Part shown: one piece after another, positions 30,818 to 40,024 of the stretch | Numbering within the stretch: position 1 is the first letter of the stretch | Layout of the letters: every line of letters starts with the position of its first letter | NCBI GenBank assembly: GCA_043810865.1 | Contig: JBDRNS010000005.1 | Coordinates: forward strand, 2,821 to 66,820 | Origin: an archaeon | GTDB lineage: Archaea; Nanobdellota; Nanobdellia; Pacearchaeales; GW2011-AR1 | DNA: 64,000 bases | Reading direction: 5' to 3' | Notes under the pieces: model-generated | Told to the model about the DNA's origin: nothing | Database searches by the model: none | Seen by the model: the letters and a program-made list of their open reading frames with translations, nothing else | Position numbers and translations under genes: made by a program

Positions 30818-31188
30818 TTTTGAGGTGATTGCAGAAATTTGCTCAAGTGTTTTTTGTAGAATTCTCTTTCTTCAAAGAATTTTTCTATATGGTAAATGTG
30901 GATTCCAATTTCCTTATCTCTTGAATTATCAAAAATAGTTTCTTTGCTAAGTTCGGATTCTGCAAGCTCTCCATTTATCAGTTTTTCCCACCCTATTTTA
31001 TTCAGAGGAATTACGATGCACATTCCTGTGATTTTGTTATTTTCTTCAAAAATGATTCCAAATTCGGGATTTTTCTGAAACCATGAATCAAGTATTCTCG
31101 GAGTTACGGGATTTGGAGTAGGGTATACTTTTCTGTCGAGTTCAAGCAGTTTATCATAATCTTTCCTGTTTATTGCTCTTACATTCAT
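30814..31188 (-). CDS. hypothetical protein
   Basis: 124-aa ORF. Confidence 0.3.
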   Translation of the reverse strand: MNVRAINRKDYDKLLELDRKVYPTPNPVTPRILDSWFQKNPEFGIIFEENNKITGMCIVIPLNKIGWEKLINGELAESELSKETIFDNSRDKEIGIHIYHIEKFFEEREFYKKHLSKFLQSPQN

Positions 31189-31248
31189 AAAGTTTGGAAG
31201 TAAAATGACTTATAAATTTTTCTTTTAATATCTTCTTATTTAATTTAA

Positions 31249-31374
31249 ATTGCGTTCGCTTAACTCACTATTGATAATTTTAAATCTTTTTATTGTAATT
31301 TGTTCCCACCCGCCCACCCTTCAAGAAAATTTTAATAAAGAGTATTTTTTAGCAAGGAGGTTAGAAGTTGCATG
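31249..31374. repeat. Mosaic intergenic repeat family, copy C
   Basis: 'GCGTTCGCTTAACTCACTATTGATAATTTTAAAT', 'GTTCCCACCCGCCCACCC', 'TTTTAATAAAGAGTATTTTTTAGCAAGGAGGTTAGAAGT'. Confidence 0.6.
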
Positions 31375-31496
31375 AAATTTATTTTCTTTTTTTAAATTAT
31401 TCCTACTTTACTCGTAAAAGCAATTATTGATAGCGAGATAAATAAGGCGAGCAATGTTTCAACAAAATTTATAACCCTTTCTTTCTTTTTGGTTTT

Positions 31497-33176
31497 ATGA
31501 AAAAAGAGATTGCGAAGATTATCAAGAAATCTTTGGGAAGTTTTGTAAGTTTAGAAGATATTGAAAAAGTTATTGAAATTCCTCCTTCTAGTGATTTGGG
31601 AGATTATGCGTTTCCGTGCTTTTTTCTTGCAGGCAAATTTAAAAAAAATCCTAATGAAATTGCGCAGGAACTTTCTAACAGAATAAACAAAAAAAATTTT
31701 GACGGCGTTAAAGTTGTTAATGGTTATGTGAATTTCTTTATTGACAGAAATAAATTTACGAATAAAGTTATCTCCGATATCCTGGGGAAAAAGGATAATT
31801 TTGGTAAGATGAAGTCCGGAAAGAAAAAAGTTATGGTAGAATTTTCGCAGCCGAATACACACAAGGCATTTCATGTCGGACATATAAGGGGGACTTCGCT
31901 CGGAGAGAGTTTAGCGAGGATTTTTGAATTTCGGGGGAACAAGGTTTTGAGGGTAAACTACAGCGGAGATACGGGTATGCATGTTGCAAAATGGATTTGG
32001 TGCTACAAAAAATATCATTCAGGAGAAAAACTCAGAAATGAAGAGTCGTGGATTGCAGGAATTTATGCCGAGGCGGTGAGAAAAATAGGGGAGAATGAGG
32101 GGTTTAAAGAAGAAGTTGATGAAATAAACAGGAAACTTGAAAGCAAGAAAGACAAGAAATTAAATGAACTCTGGAAAAAGACAAGAAAACTTTCAATCAA
32201 TTCCTGGGAGGAAATTTACAAAGAGCTTAATACAAAATTTGACGTTCATTTTTTTGAAAGTGAAATGGAAAGAAGAGGGAAGGAAATTGCGCAGGAGCTT
32301 TTGAAAAAAAGAATCGCAGTGAAAAGCGACGGCGCTGTGATTATGGACTTGAAAAAATACAATCTTGGCGTCTGGGTTTTGCTTAGAAGCGACGGCACGG
32401 TTTTGTATTCTGTAAAGGATCTGGCTTTGGCAAAAATGAAAATTAAGAAATATAAGGCAGGAAAATATCTTGTTGTGGTTGGAGATGAGCAGAACCTGCA
32501 TTTTCAGCAACTGGTGAAGACATTGGAACTGATGAAATTATCCAAAAAAGAAATTTATGATTTCATAACTTACGGGATGATACGCCTGCCTACAGGAAAG
32601 ATGTCATCGCGAACAGGAGATAATATTCTTTATTCTGATTTCATGAAAGATATTACAAACTATACGAAGAGCGAAATCAAAAAGCGCGAGAAGAAAATAT
32701 CTGAAAAAGAACTTGAACAAAGAGCAAGAAAGATTTCGATTGCCGCGATAAAATATTCCATGCTTAAACAAAGTTCAAACAAGAACATAATTTTTGACAA
32801 AAAAGAGGCACTGAATTTTGAAGGTGATACAGGAGTTTATATTCTGTATAGTTATGTCCGTGCGGCAAGCATTTTGAGAAAAATAAAAAACAAAAAAAAG
32901 AAATCCTCAAGAATTACCGGAGAAAAAGAATTTGAACTCGCAAAAAAACTTTCGCAGCTCCCGGAAATTGTTTTTAATTCTTATAAAAATTTAAATCCTG
33001 CGCTGATGGCAAATTATTCTTACCAACTCTCGCAAATTTTCAATGAGTTTTATCATTCATGTCCTGTAAAAAATTCTGACAATGAATCTTTCAGAATCAA
33101 TCTTGTAAAGTCATTTGAAATTGTTTTAAGAAATTCCTTAAATCTTTTGGGAATTGAAATCTTGGAGAAAATGTAA
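31497..33176 (+). CDS. argS: arginyl-tRNA synthetase
   Basis: 'PNTHKAFHVGHIRGT' HIGH region, Arg-specific anticodon-binding C-terminal domain; 559 aa. Confidence 0.85.
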   Translation: MKKEIAKIIKKSLGSFVSLEDIEKVIEIPPSSDLGDYAFPCFFLAGKFKKNPNEIAQELSNRINKKNFDGVKVVNGYVNFFIDRNKFTNKVISDILGKKDNFGKMKSGKKKVMVEFSQPNTHKAFHVGHIRGTSLGESLARIFEFRGNKVLRVNYSGDTGMHVAKWIWCYKKYHSGEKLRNEESWIAGIYAEAVRKIGENEGFKEEVDEINRKLESKKDKKLNELWKKTRKLSINSWEEIYKELNTKFDVHFFESEMERRGKEIAQELLKKRIAVKSDGAVIMDLKKYNLGVWVLLRSDGTVLYSVKDLALAKMKIKKYKAGKYLVVVGDEQNLHFQQLVKTLELMKLSKKEIYDFITYGMIRLPTGKMSSRTGDNILYSDFMKDITNYTKSEIKKREKKISEKELEQRARKISIAAIKYSMLKQSSNKNIIFDKKEALNFEGDTGVYILYSYVRAASILRKIKNKKKKSSRITGEKEFELAKKLSQLPEIVFNSYKNLNPALMANYSYQLSQIFNEFYHSCPVKNSDNESFRINLVKSFEIVLRNSLNLLGIEILEKM

Positions 33177-33251
33177 AACAAAACTTATTTAAATGGTTTT
33201 TGTGTTGTATAAATGCCTTCTAAAAGGCATAGTGAAAGGAGGTGTTTAGTG

Positions 33252-33473
33252 ATGGCAAAAAGAAATGGCGGAAAAGTATTGAACCTTGTTGCATGGTTTA
33301 CAGGTGTTGTAGTTTCACTTGCAGTAGGATTCGGTCTTATTAATGGAACACTTATGTTACCAGGATGGCTTGGAGGAGCTACTCAAGGTGGAATGTGGTT
33401 GACAATGTTTGTCGGATGGGTGGTTGTTATAACAACACTGATCAGTGCAGTACTGGCAGTAATGAACCAATAA
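33252..33473 (+). CDS. small membrane protein (2 TM helices)
   Basis: 'VLNLVAWFTGVVVSLAVGFGLI' and 'MWLTMFVGWVVVITTLISAVLAV'. Confidence 0.4.
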   Translation: MAKRNGGKVLNLVAWFTGVVVSLAVGFGLINGTLMLPGWLGGATQGGMWLTMFVGWVVVITTLISAVLAVMNQ

Positions 33474-33561
33474 AAATACCTTTTATTTTTACTAATTCTT
33501 TTTTATTTTATTTAAGATAAGTTGTTTAGAAATTTATCCTTTCTGATTGATTAAACATTTT

Positions 33562-33656
33562 GCGCTCACTTCGTTCACGATTAATAAGGGTATTAATTAA
33601 AAAATTACCTGTTTTGTGTTAACAATTAGATTATACGGGTGAAGCGAGACAAATTT
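33562..33656. repeat. GC-box intergenic repeat, copy H
   Basis: 'GCGCTCACTTCGTTCACGA' 19-mer is identical to the reverse complement of a 19-mer in copy I (60468-60490); 3' box 'GGGTGAAGCGAGACAAATTT'. Confidence 0.55.
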
Positions 33657-33731
33657 AAATAAACTATATTGAACGAAATGTATTTATTAAACAAAATATT
33701 CTAAATAAATAAAATTTATGCAGAAGAATAA

Positions 33732-33974
33732 TCAAAAATTTTCATCAAGAAAATTAATTATGTCTTCTGATTCGCCGATGTATTTGTTTCCAACTTTTAG
33801 AACAGGAACTGTATGAACTCCTGAATTTTTGAAAAGTTCTTTTCTTATTTTTGCATCTCTTTCGTAAGGAACATTTATTTTTTCAAATTGCAATTCACGT
33901 TCTTTTAATTTCTGCCGAACTTTTTCACAAAAAGGGCACTGCTCGAATTGGAAGAGAGTTAGTTTTTGTTTCAT
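33732..33974 (-). CDS. glutaredoxin
   Basis: 'CPFC' active site, 'TVPVL..G..IG' motif; 80 aa. Confidence 0.75.
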   Translation of the reverse strand: MKQKLTLFQFEQCPFCEKVRQKLKERELQFEKINVPYERDAKIRKELFKNSGVHTVPVLKVGNKYIGESEDIINFLDENF

Positions 33975-34059
33975 TGTTAATTAAGGGATAATTTAAATGA
34001 TTTTTAAGATATTATCTTTAACTTCATAAAGTTTTTAAGCATTTTGTGAATGAAAATAA

Positions 34060-34359
34060 ATGGGCGATACGGATTTGGGTGATTTTTCAGAGGGATTAAA
34101 AAGCATTCGCTATTTTATTTCTTTACAGGTGTGGACAGATAGAAATGAGTCCAGAATTAATGATGTAGTTCTTGCAGATAGTGATAGGAATGCAATTCAA
34201 CAATCTCTCTTTTATGTGAATGATTTGGCTTCAAGAGGGTATTTAAATTTAGCAACAAGAGTTTTGTATCAATTAAGAAGACCTAATGGTGAAGTATTCT
34301 ATGCAGATATTAATGCATGTCCAAGAAGTTTAGATTCTATTTCTGGCGGGGGCGGTTAG
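34060..34359 (+). CDS. hypothetical protein
   Basis: 99-aa ORF. Confidence 0.3.
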   Translation: MGDTDLGDFSEGLKSIRYFISLQVWTDRNESRINDVVLADSDRNAIQQSLFYVNDLASRGYLNLATRVLYQLRRPNGEVFYADINACPRSLDSISGGGG

Positions 34360-34367
34360 TGATGATT

Positions 34368-35174
34368 TCATTTCACGCTTTTCATTTCTTTCCATGCCAA
34401 ATCAAAAAGTTGCTCAAGTGCCTGTGCGAAGAATTCTGTGTTTATCCAGACGCCTGTGTCATAGTTTGGGTGGAATTTTTCATCGTCAAGAAGCATGAAC
34501 ATTATCTGGTTTGAATCAACTATCACAAAACGCGCTTTCATTTTGTCCATGTTTTTCATTTCGGCAACTTTCTTGAAATCGCGCGCGACTTTTACATTGT
34601 TGTTATCTATTGGTGCGGCAATTCTAATTTTTATTCCGCGTTTTTTGCATTTTTCCAAACTCGGCATAAGTGATTCCATTTTTCTGTTCAAACCCTCTTT
34701 TGTCGTAACAATTACTATTGATTTTTCCGCATTTCTAATCATCATGTCAATGTGGTTATACAAATTTTGCCTTCCTCTTAAGCCCCCTGACAAATCCGAG
34801 GGCTCGACAAATTTTATTCCCTGATGAAACAAAGTGTTTAGTTCTTCAATAACTTCGTCTCCTTTCAATGACTCAAGCCGTTTTGTTCTTTCCTGCGCGT
34901 CTTTTGCAAGATTTCTTTTTACTCTTTCAACAACCTCTTCTGGTTTGAGGGCCACGAACTTGATTGGCTTTCCGAGTTTCATCACAATGAAACCTTTCTT
35001 ATCCAAGCTTTCGAGGATATCATATGTTCGGCTTCTTGGAACATCAGAAATATTGCTTAATTCACCTGCTGTGCTTGTTCCTCTTGATAGCAATGCGGTC
35101 CAAACCTTTACTTCATAGAGATTTAAGTCAAAAATTTTCCTTAATCGGCTTAAAAATTCTTCCTTGACTATCAT
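34368..35174 (-). CDS. TrmB-family transcriptional regulator
   Basis: N-terminal wHTH 'LYEVKVWTALLSRGTSTAGELSNISDVPRSRTYDILESLDKKGFI' plus C-terminal sensor domain. Confidence 0.7.
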   Translation of the reverse strand: MIVKEEFLSRLRKIFDLNLYEVKVWTALLSRGTSTAGELSNISDVPRSRTYDILESLDKKGFIVMKLGKPIKFVALKPEEVVERVKRNLAKDAQERTKRLESLKGDEVIEELNTLFHQGIKFVEPSDLSGGLRGRQNLYNHIDMMIRNAEKSIVIVTTKEGLNRKMESLMPSLEKCKKRGIKIRIAAPIDNNNVKVARDFKKVAEMKNMDKMKARFVIVDSNQIMFMLLDDEKFHPNYDTGVWINTEFFAQALEQLFDLAWKEMKSVK

Positions 35175-35254
35175 TTTATTTGTTGAGTGTTTTTCCTTTT
35201 AAAGATTGTTATGATGCAAGAGTAAAGTGAAGGTATTACCTGTTGGTAGTTATT

Positions 35255-38074
35255 TTACCTGTTTATCACTATTTTTCCTCTTTTATCTTTCACTTTAAAG
35301 TCATTACTATTTTTAAACTTTTCTTCGCCGATTAGTTTATCGTCGGTTAAAAAACGAATTTCGCGGGAGTTTGTTCTCTTTTTTATGAAATTCTCAAACT
35401 TCCGGAGCATTTGTTTCGTTTCGTTATCTGTGATTATCAAAAGTTTTATAGTGTTTTCTTTGACTAATCCGAGTTTTTTTCTGAATTCCTGAATCTGCCT
35501 GCTTAATTCCCGAGCATAGCCCTCTGCTTCAAGTTCTGGCGTGATTTGAGTGTCAAGGTTAACCAAAATATGGCTTCCGCCAATTTTTATTTCTACTTCT
35601 TTAACATTCAATTGAGATTTAATCACTTCCCCAAAATATCCTAAGGATTTAGCAAATTCTTTATCAGGGGTTGAGATAATTATTTTCTTTAAAGGCCATC
35701 TTACATTAATCTTTTTTTCATCTCTTATCATTAAACCAGTGGAAATTACATCCATCAAAGTAATTGAGAAATATTTCTCTAACTTTTTATCAATTTTTTT
35801 CTTTTCAACTTTCGGCCATTTTGAAAGATGCACGGAGTTTTTTGAAAATTCCTGATAAATGTGCTCGGTTATATACGGCGCGAACGGAGCCAAAATCAGG
35901 GAAATTTTTTCCAGAACTTCACCAACAATTTTTTTATTGTCTTCCCTGTCACGCGTGAATTTTATGTAATTTCTTGAGAAATCATTTATTATAAAATTTT
36001 GCAATTCAAGAAATGCCTTGTCCAGAGCATAGTCATCAAGTTTTTCTGTGACTTCTTTTATTGTTGAGTTCAGTCGTGAGAGAATCCATTTGTCTTCAAT
36101 TTGAATCTTTAATTTTTTGTTTTCTTGTTGCCTGTAATAATTGTTGCAGTTATATAAAATCGTCAGGAACGGAATAACTGAATCCTTCATTAGATTGAAT
36201 GAGAATCTCTTTGAATCTCCAGGGCTGGTTGTGAAAAACTGCAGTCGTATTGCATCAACACCTGCTTTTTCAATCATCTCTTTTGGATTTATTATGTTGC
36301 CTTTTGATTTTGACATTTTCTCTCCTTTTTCGTCGACAACATGCCCTGCGCAAATCACGCTTTTGTAAGCGTTGCTGTTAAATAACAAGACACCGAGAAC
36401 GTGAAGAGTGTAAAACCAACCTCTTGTTTGGTCTATTGCTTCAGAAATATAACTATACGGGAAATGTTTTTCGAACAATTTTTTATTTTCAAAAGGATAG
36501 TGGAACTGCGCAAAGGAAGCTGAGCCGGAATCATACCAACAGTCAATTACATCCGGGACGCGCGCCATTTCTTTTTTGCATCTTGAACATTTTAATTTTA
36601 TTTTGTCAATCCATGGCTTGTGCAAATCCATTTCTTTTTCAGAGAATTTTTTTACAGATTTCTTTTTCAGTTCTTCAATGCTCCCGATGATTTCTTCGTT
36701 TCCGCAGGAACATTTCCAGACAGGGAGAGGTGTTCCCCAAAACTTGAATCTTGACAAAGCCCAGTCCTTTGCGCCTTCAATCCAGTTTCCGAATCTTCCT
36801 TCTTTGATGTGCTCGGGAACCCATTTTATTTTCCTGTTGAATTTTACAAGTTCATTTCTAAACTTGCTGACTTTTATGAACCATGAATTTATTGCGTAAT
36901 ACAACAAAGGTGTTGAACATCGCCAGCAGAAAGGATAAGAATGCGTGATTTTTTCTTTTTTGAAAAGCAGATTGCGGGATTTTAAGTCATCGATGATTTC
37001 TTTTTCAGCACTTTTTACGAATTTTCCGACGAACTTTGGAACAATATCAAGAAATTTTCCATCTTCGCCGACGGTATGAATTCTTGGAAGATTATACTTT
37101 ATTCCCAGATTATAATCATCTTCGCCGTACATCACGGCTGTGTGAACAATCCCTGTTCCTTCTTCTGTTGAAACAAAGTCGGCAGGAATTATTTTGTGCG
37201 AGTTTTCATTTTGCAATTCTTTGATGTCATACAACGGCTCATATTCCAAACCAACCAAATCCTTTCCTTTTAATTTTTCAATAATTTTTCCGTCTTTAAC
37301 CAAGTCCTTTTTTTCTTTTCCAATAATTATTTTATCTCCGCCAGGAAGTTTTACTTTTACATAATCAATATTTTTCCCGACAGCTAAAGCAACATTTCCG
37401 GGAAGAGTCCAGGGTGTTGTTGTCCATGCAAGTACATATTCATCTTTCTTATTTTTTAATCTGAAAGCCACATAAACAGAGTCCTCTTCAATATCTTTGT
37501 AGCCGAGCGCGACTTCGTGACTGCTTAACGGCGTTTGACAGCGAGGGCAGTATGGGACAACTTTGTGTCCTTCATATAAAAGTTTCTTTTTGTAAAGTTC
37601 TTTTAGGCTCCACCAGACGCTTTCGACGTATTCGCTGTCAAGAGTTACGTAAGGATTTTCCAAATCAACCCAATAGGAAATTTTTTTTGTAAACCAGTTC
37701 CATTCTTTAATGTATTCCCAGACGGACTCTTTTGCTTTTTGATTGAATTTTCCTATGCCATATGAGAGAATATCTTTTTTGTTCTTCAAACCTAGTTGTT
37801 TTTCAATTTGCACTTCAACAGGCAAACCGTGGCAATCCCAGCCGGCTTTTCTCGGCACTGAAAATCCCTGCATGTATTTGAATTTGCAAATAATATCCTT
37901 GAAAGTTCTTGCTTCCATGTGGTGCAATGCAGGCGGAGCGTTTGCCGTCGGCGGACCTTCAAGAAAAGAAAACAACGGTTTTTGGGAATCATATTGCATT
38001 GCTTTTTTTATTTCCTTCTCATGCTTTTTCCAGACGTTCTCTGACTGTTCTTCTACTTTTTTGAAGTCGTACAT
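35255..38074 (-). CDS. ileS: isoleucyl-tRNA synthetase (class I aaRS with CP1 editing domain)
   Basis: 'WTTTPWTLPGNVALAV' editing motif, 'KMSKSKGN', Zn 'CPRCQTP'; 939 aa. LeuRS not fully excluded. Confidence 0.65.
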   Translation of the reverse strand: MYDFKKVEEQSENVWKKHEKEIKKAMQYDSQKPLFSFLEGPPTANAPPALHHMEARTFKDIICKFKYMQGFSVPRKAGWDCHGLPVEVQIEKQLGLKNKKDILSYGIGKFNQKAKESVWEYIKEWNWFTKKISYWVDLENPYVTLDSEYVESVWWSLKELYKKKLLYEGHKVVPYCPRCQTPLSSHEVALGYKDIEEDSVYVAFRLKNKKDEYVLAWTTTPWTLPGNVALAVGKNIDYVKVKLPGGDKIIIGKEKKDLVKDGKIIEKLKGKDLVGLEYEPLYDIKELQNENSHKIIPADFVSTEEGTGIVHTAVMYGEDDYNLGIKYNLPRIHTVGEDGKFLDIVPKFVGKFVKSAEKEIIDDLKSRNLLFKKEKITHSYPFCWRCSTPLLYYAINSWFIKVSKFRNELVKFNRKIKWVPEHIKEGRFGNWIEGAKDWALSRFKFWGTPLPVWKCSCGNEEIIGSIEELKKKSVKKFSEKEMDLHKPWIDKIKLKCSRCKKEMARVPDVIDCWYDSGSASFAQFHYPFENKKLFEKHFPYSYISEAIDQTRGWFYTLHVLGVLLFNSNAYKSVICAGHVVDEKGEKMSKSKGNIINPKEMIEKAGVDAIRLQFFTTSPGDSKRFSFNLMKDSVIPFLTILYNCNNYYRQQENKKLKIQIEDKWILSRLNSTIKEVTEKLDDYALDKAFLELQNFIINDFSRNYIKFTRDREDNKKIVGEVLEKISLILAPFAPYITEHIYQEFSKNSVHLSKWPKVEKKKIDKKLEKYFSITLMDVISTGLMIRDEKKINVRWPLKKIIISTPDKEFAKSLGYFGEVIKSQLNVKEVEIKIGGSHILVNLDTQITPELEAEGYARELSRQIQEFRKKLGLVKENTIKLLIITDNETKQMLRKFENFIKKRTNSREIRFLTDDKLIGEEKFKNSNDFKVKDKRGKIVINR

Positions 38075-38148
38075 TTTATTATTTTGTGATTTTAATTAAT
38101 AAAACTTATGTTTCAATAAATTTATAAGCAACCTGTTTTTATGATAAC

Positions 38149-38403
38149 ATGAATTGGATAATTCTGCTTGGTTTTGCAGCAGCAATATGCACCACTATCT
38201 CGTTTCTGCCTCAGGTTATAAAAACAGTAAGAACAAAACATACAAAGGACTTGTCTCTTATTATGTATTCAGTTGTTGCAATAGGATTTGTTTTATGGCT
38301 TACTTATGGAATTATTATTTCTGATTTGCCGTTGATTCTTGCAAATACAATATCTCTTTTGCTAGCTTTAACAATTCTTGTTTTTAAAATCAGATATAAG
38401 TAA
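38149..38403 (+). CDS. SemiSWEET (PQ-loop) sugar transporter half-unit
   Basis: 84 aa, 3 TM helices, PQ motif 'FLPQVIKTVRTK'. Confidence 0.6.
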   Translation: MNWIILLGFAAAICTTISFLPQVIKTVRTKHTKDLSLIMYSVVAIGFVLWLTYGIIISDLPLILANTISLLLALTILVFKIRYK

Positions 38404-38443
38404 ATATCAAAATCTTTAAAAAGCTGTAATTTTACGAATTATC

Positions 38444-38620
38444 ATGTGTGCCGGAAAACCTATGTCCATCGGGGGGAAAGCGCTTGAAAGCATGGCTACA
38501 GAAGGAAGAAGTGTGCACGGTTTTGGTGGAAAGAGCCATAATCACGGTTATAGTGATGGTTCTTATGAATTAGGTTCATATAAGGGCTCAACAAATTATT
38601 CTTCTGGCGGTTACGACTGA
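38444..38620 (+). CDS. small Gly/Ser/Tyr-rich ORF (58 aa), uncertain
   Basis: 'MCAGKPMSIGGKALESMATEGRSVHGFGGKSHNHGYSDGSYELGSYKGSTNYSSGGYD'; locally elevated GC. Confidence 0.2.
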   Translation: MCAGKPMSIGGKALESMATEGRSVHGFGGKSHNHGYSDGSYELGSYKGSTNYSSGGYD

Positions 38621-39321
38621 TTTTTTAATTCTTTCAGAAATTCTTCCTCGGCAAAATGCAATTTTCCAGGAATTATAATGCAGAATGGTTTTTTGATTTC
38701 TTTTTCTTCAAGTTCTTTAATTTTGCTATAAAAAATTTCTGAATTTTCTGTTCCAAGTTGCGAGCATAAAATCAGTTTGTCAATTTTTATTTTATATTTT
38801 TCCAAAGCTTTTTTTAGTTTGATTAAAGCATCGTGAGTTTCAAGCCCTATGTCGACGAGAATTAATGTGTGGGCGTCTATTTCCAGATTATCTTTGATAA
38901 CTTCTGCGAAACTTTCCGCTTCGTGTTTCGGAATGCTTGTAATTTTTCCGAATTTGTAAATCTGCAAGCCGGTTTCTGCAACAGCGTCAAGAATTGATGC
39001 GTTGTGGATTATTTCATATTTTATTCCTTTTTTTCTTGCTTCATTCAGCAATGAAATATGTGTTGTGGCTGTTAGAGGAGAACCATAAACAAGCAATCCA
39101 ATATTTTCTTTTTCTGCATTTTCCAGGACATTAAAACTTTCAACCATTTCCCTGTCTGCAGGAATTATTTTTTTTCCGATGATTTTTTCCAGTTCTTCAA
39201 AGTTGTAAGGAAAATCGACTGTATAATTTTCAAGAAAAATCTTGCCGCATTTTTTCAGCGCTTCAATACCTGATTTTGAAATGCTGTTTAAATTCAAACC
39301 AAGTCCGATGAGGTGTAACAT
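38611..39321 (-). CDS. dphB: diphthine synthase (Dph5)
   Basis: 'MLHLIGLGL...', tetrapyrrole-methylase fold, 'GSPLTATTH'. Confidence 0.8.
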   Translation of the reverse strand: MLHLIGLGLNLNSISKSGIEALKKCGKIFLENYTVDFPYNFEELEKIIGKKIIPADREMVESFNVLENAEKENIGLLVYGSPLTATTHISLLNEARKKGIKYEIIHNASILDAVAETGLQIYKFGKITSIPKHEAESFAEVIKDNLEIDAHTLILVDIGLETHDALIKLKKALEKYKIKIDKLILCSQLGTENSEIFYSKIKELEEKEIKKPFCIIIPGKLHFAEEEFLKELKNQS

Positions 39322-39346
39322 AAGAAATAATCTGATTTGTTGTTTA

Positions 39347-39778
39347 TTAATTATGCGGAATGAGATGTTTTTTTATAGTGCCGTCAACTTCCTGCATGAT
39401 TTTGAATTCTTCTCTCATTATTTCTACGGGGGTTATTCTTTTATCTCCATTTTCACCATCAATTTCTTTAAGAATTAACTCAAGCTGTTTTCCATGACTT
39501 TGTTCGTCATAAGACTGATTTGTAACTAAATATCTTCCATTATCTTCTCTTACAGTGTAATCTCCTGCTTTTATTATTGCGAATTGTTTTAGTGTACTGA
39601 CATATTCTGTAGGCACTGTATATCCTTTAAGTATAGAAAGTCCGTCAAATCCCGGGAGATTCAAAACTTCCTGTGCAGAAACCGACGGCGCAACTGCAGC
39701 ATATCCTAATGCTCCTGCCAAGCCCTTAAGAAAATTTCTTCTTGATGTTGGTTTCATCAAATTTCTTGCGAAAAACAA
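39347..39778 (-). CDS. secreted protein with twin-arginine-like signal peptide
   Basis: 'SRRNFLKGLAGALGYAAVAPSVSAQE'. Confidence 0.5.
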   Translation of the reverse strand: MFFARNLMKPTSRRNFLKGLAGALGYAAVAPSVSAQEVLNLPGFDGLSILKGYTVPTEYVSTLKQFAIIKAGDYTVREDNGRYLVTNQSYDEQSHGKQLELILKEIDGENGDKRITPVEIMREEFKIMQEVDGTIKKHLIPHN

Positions 39779-40024
39779 TTTTTAAATCTTTCTGTTTTGT
39801 TATTATTATAGAATTAATACAGATTAAGGATGTGTCTTTTTTGAGTGGAAAGAAACATATAAAAACTTTTCATCATTAAATTTTTGGTAATAATAAAGAG
39901 GTAGACAACCGATGAAAAAGAAAGGAGCAAAGGGAAAGAAATCTAAGAAATAAGTTAACTCTTTTTAATTTTATTTTTCTTTTTATTTTTCTTTTTATTT
40001 TTTAAGTTTTTGTTTTTTATAAAT

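Noticed and set aside
30533-31188. Possible single frameshifted gene formed by ORFs 30814..31188 and 30533..30817
   Set aside because: The downstream ORF begins with its own ATG overlapping the upstream stop (ATGA-type coupling) and neither half shows a recognisable domain that is split; treated as two coupled genes.
39880-39955. Tiny ORF MKKKGAKGKKSKK in repeat-containing spacer
   Set aside because: 13 codons of AAG/AAA in an A-rich spacer; it lies upstream of the copy D repeat element (40025-40288), and there is no support for translation.
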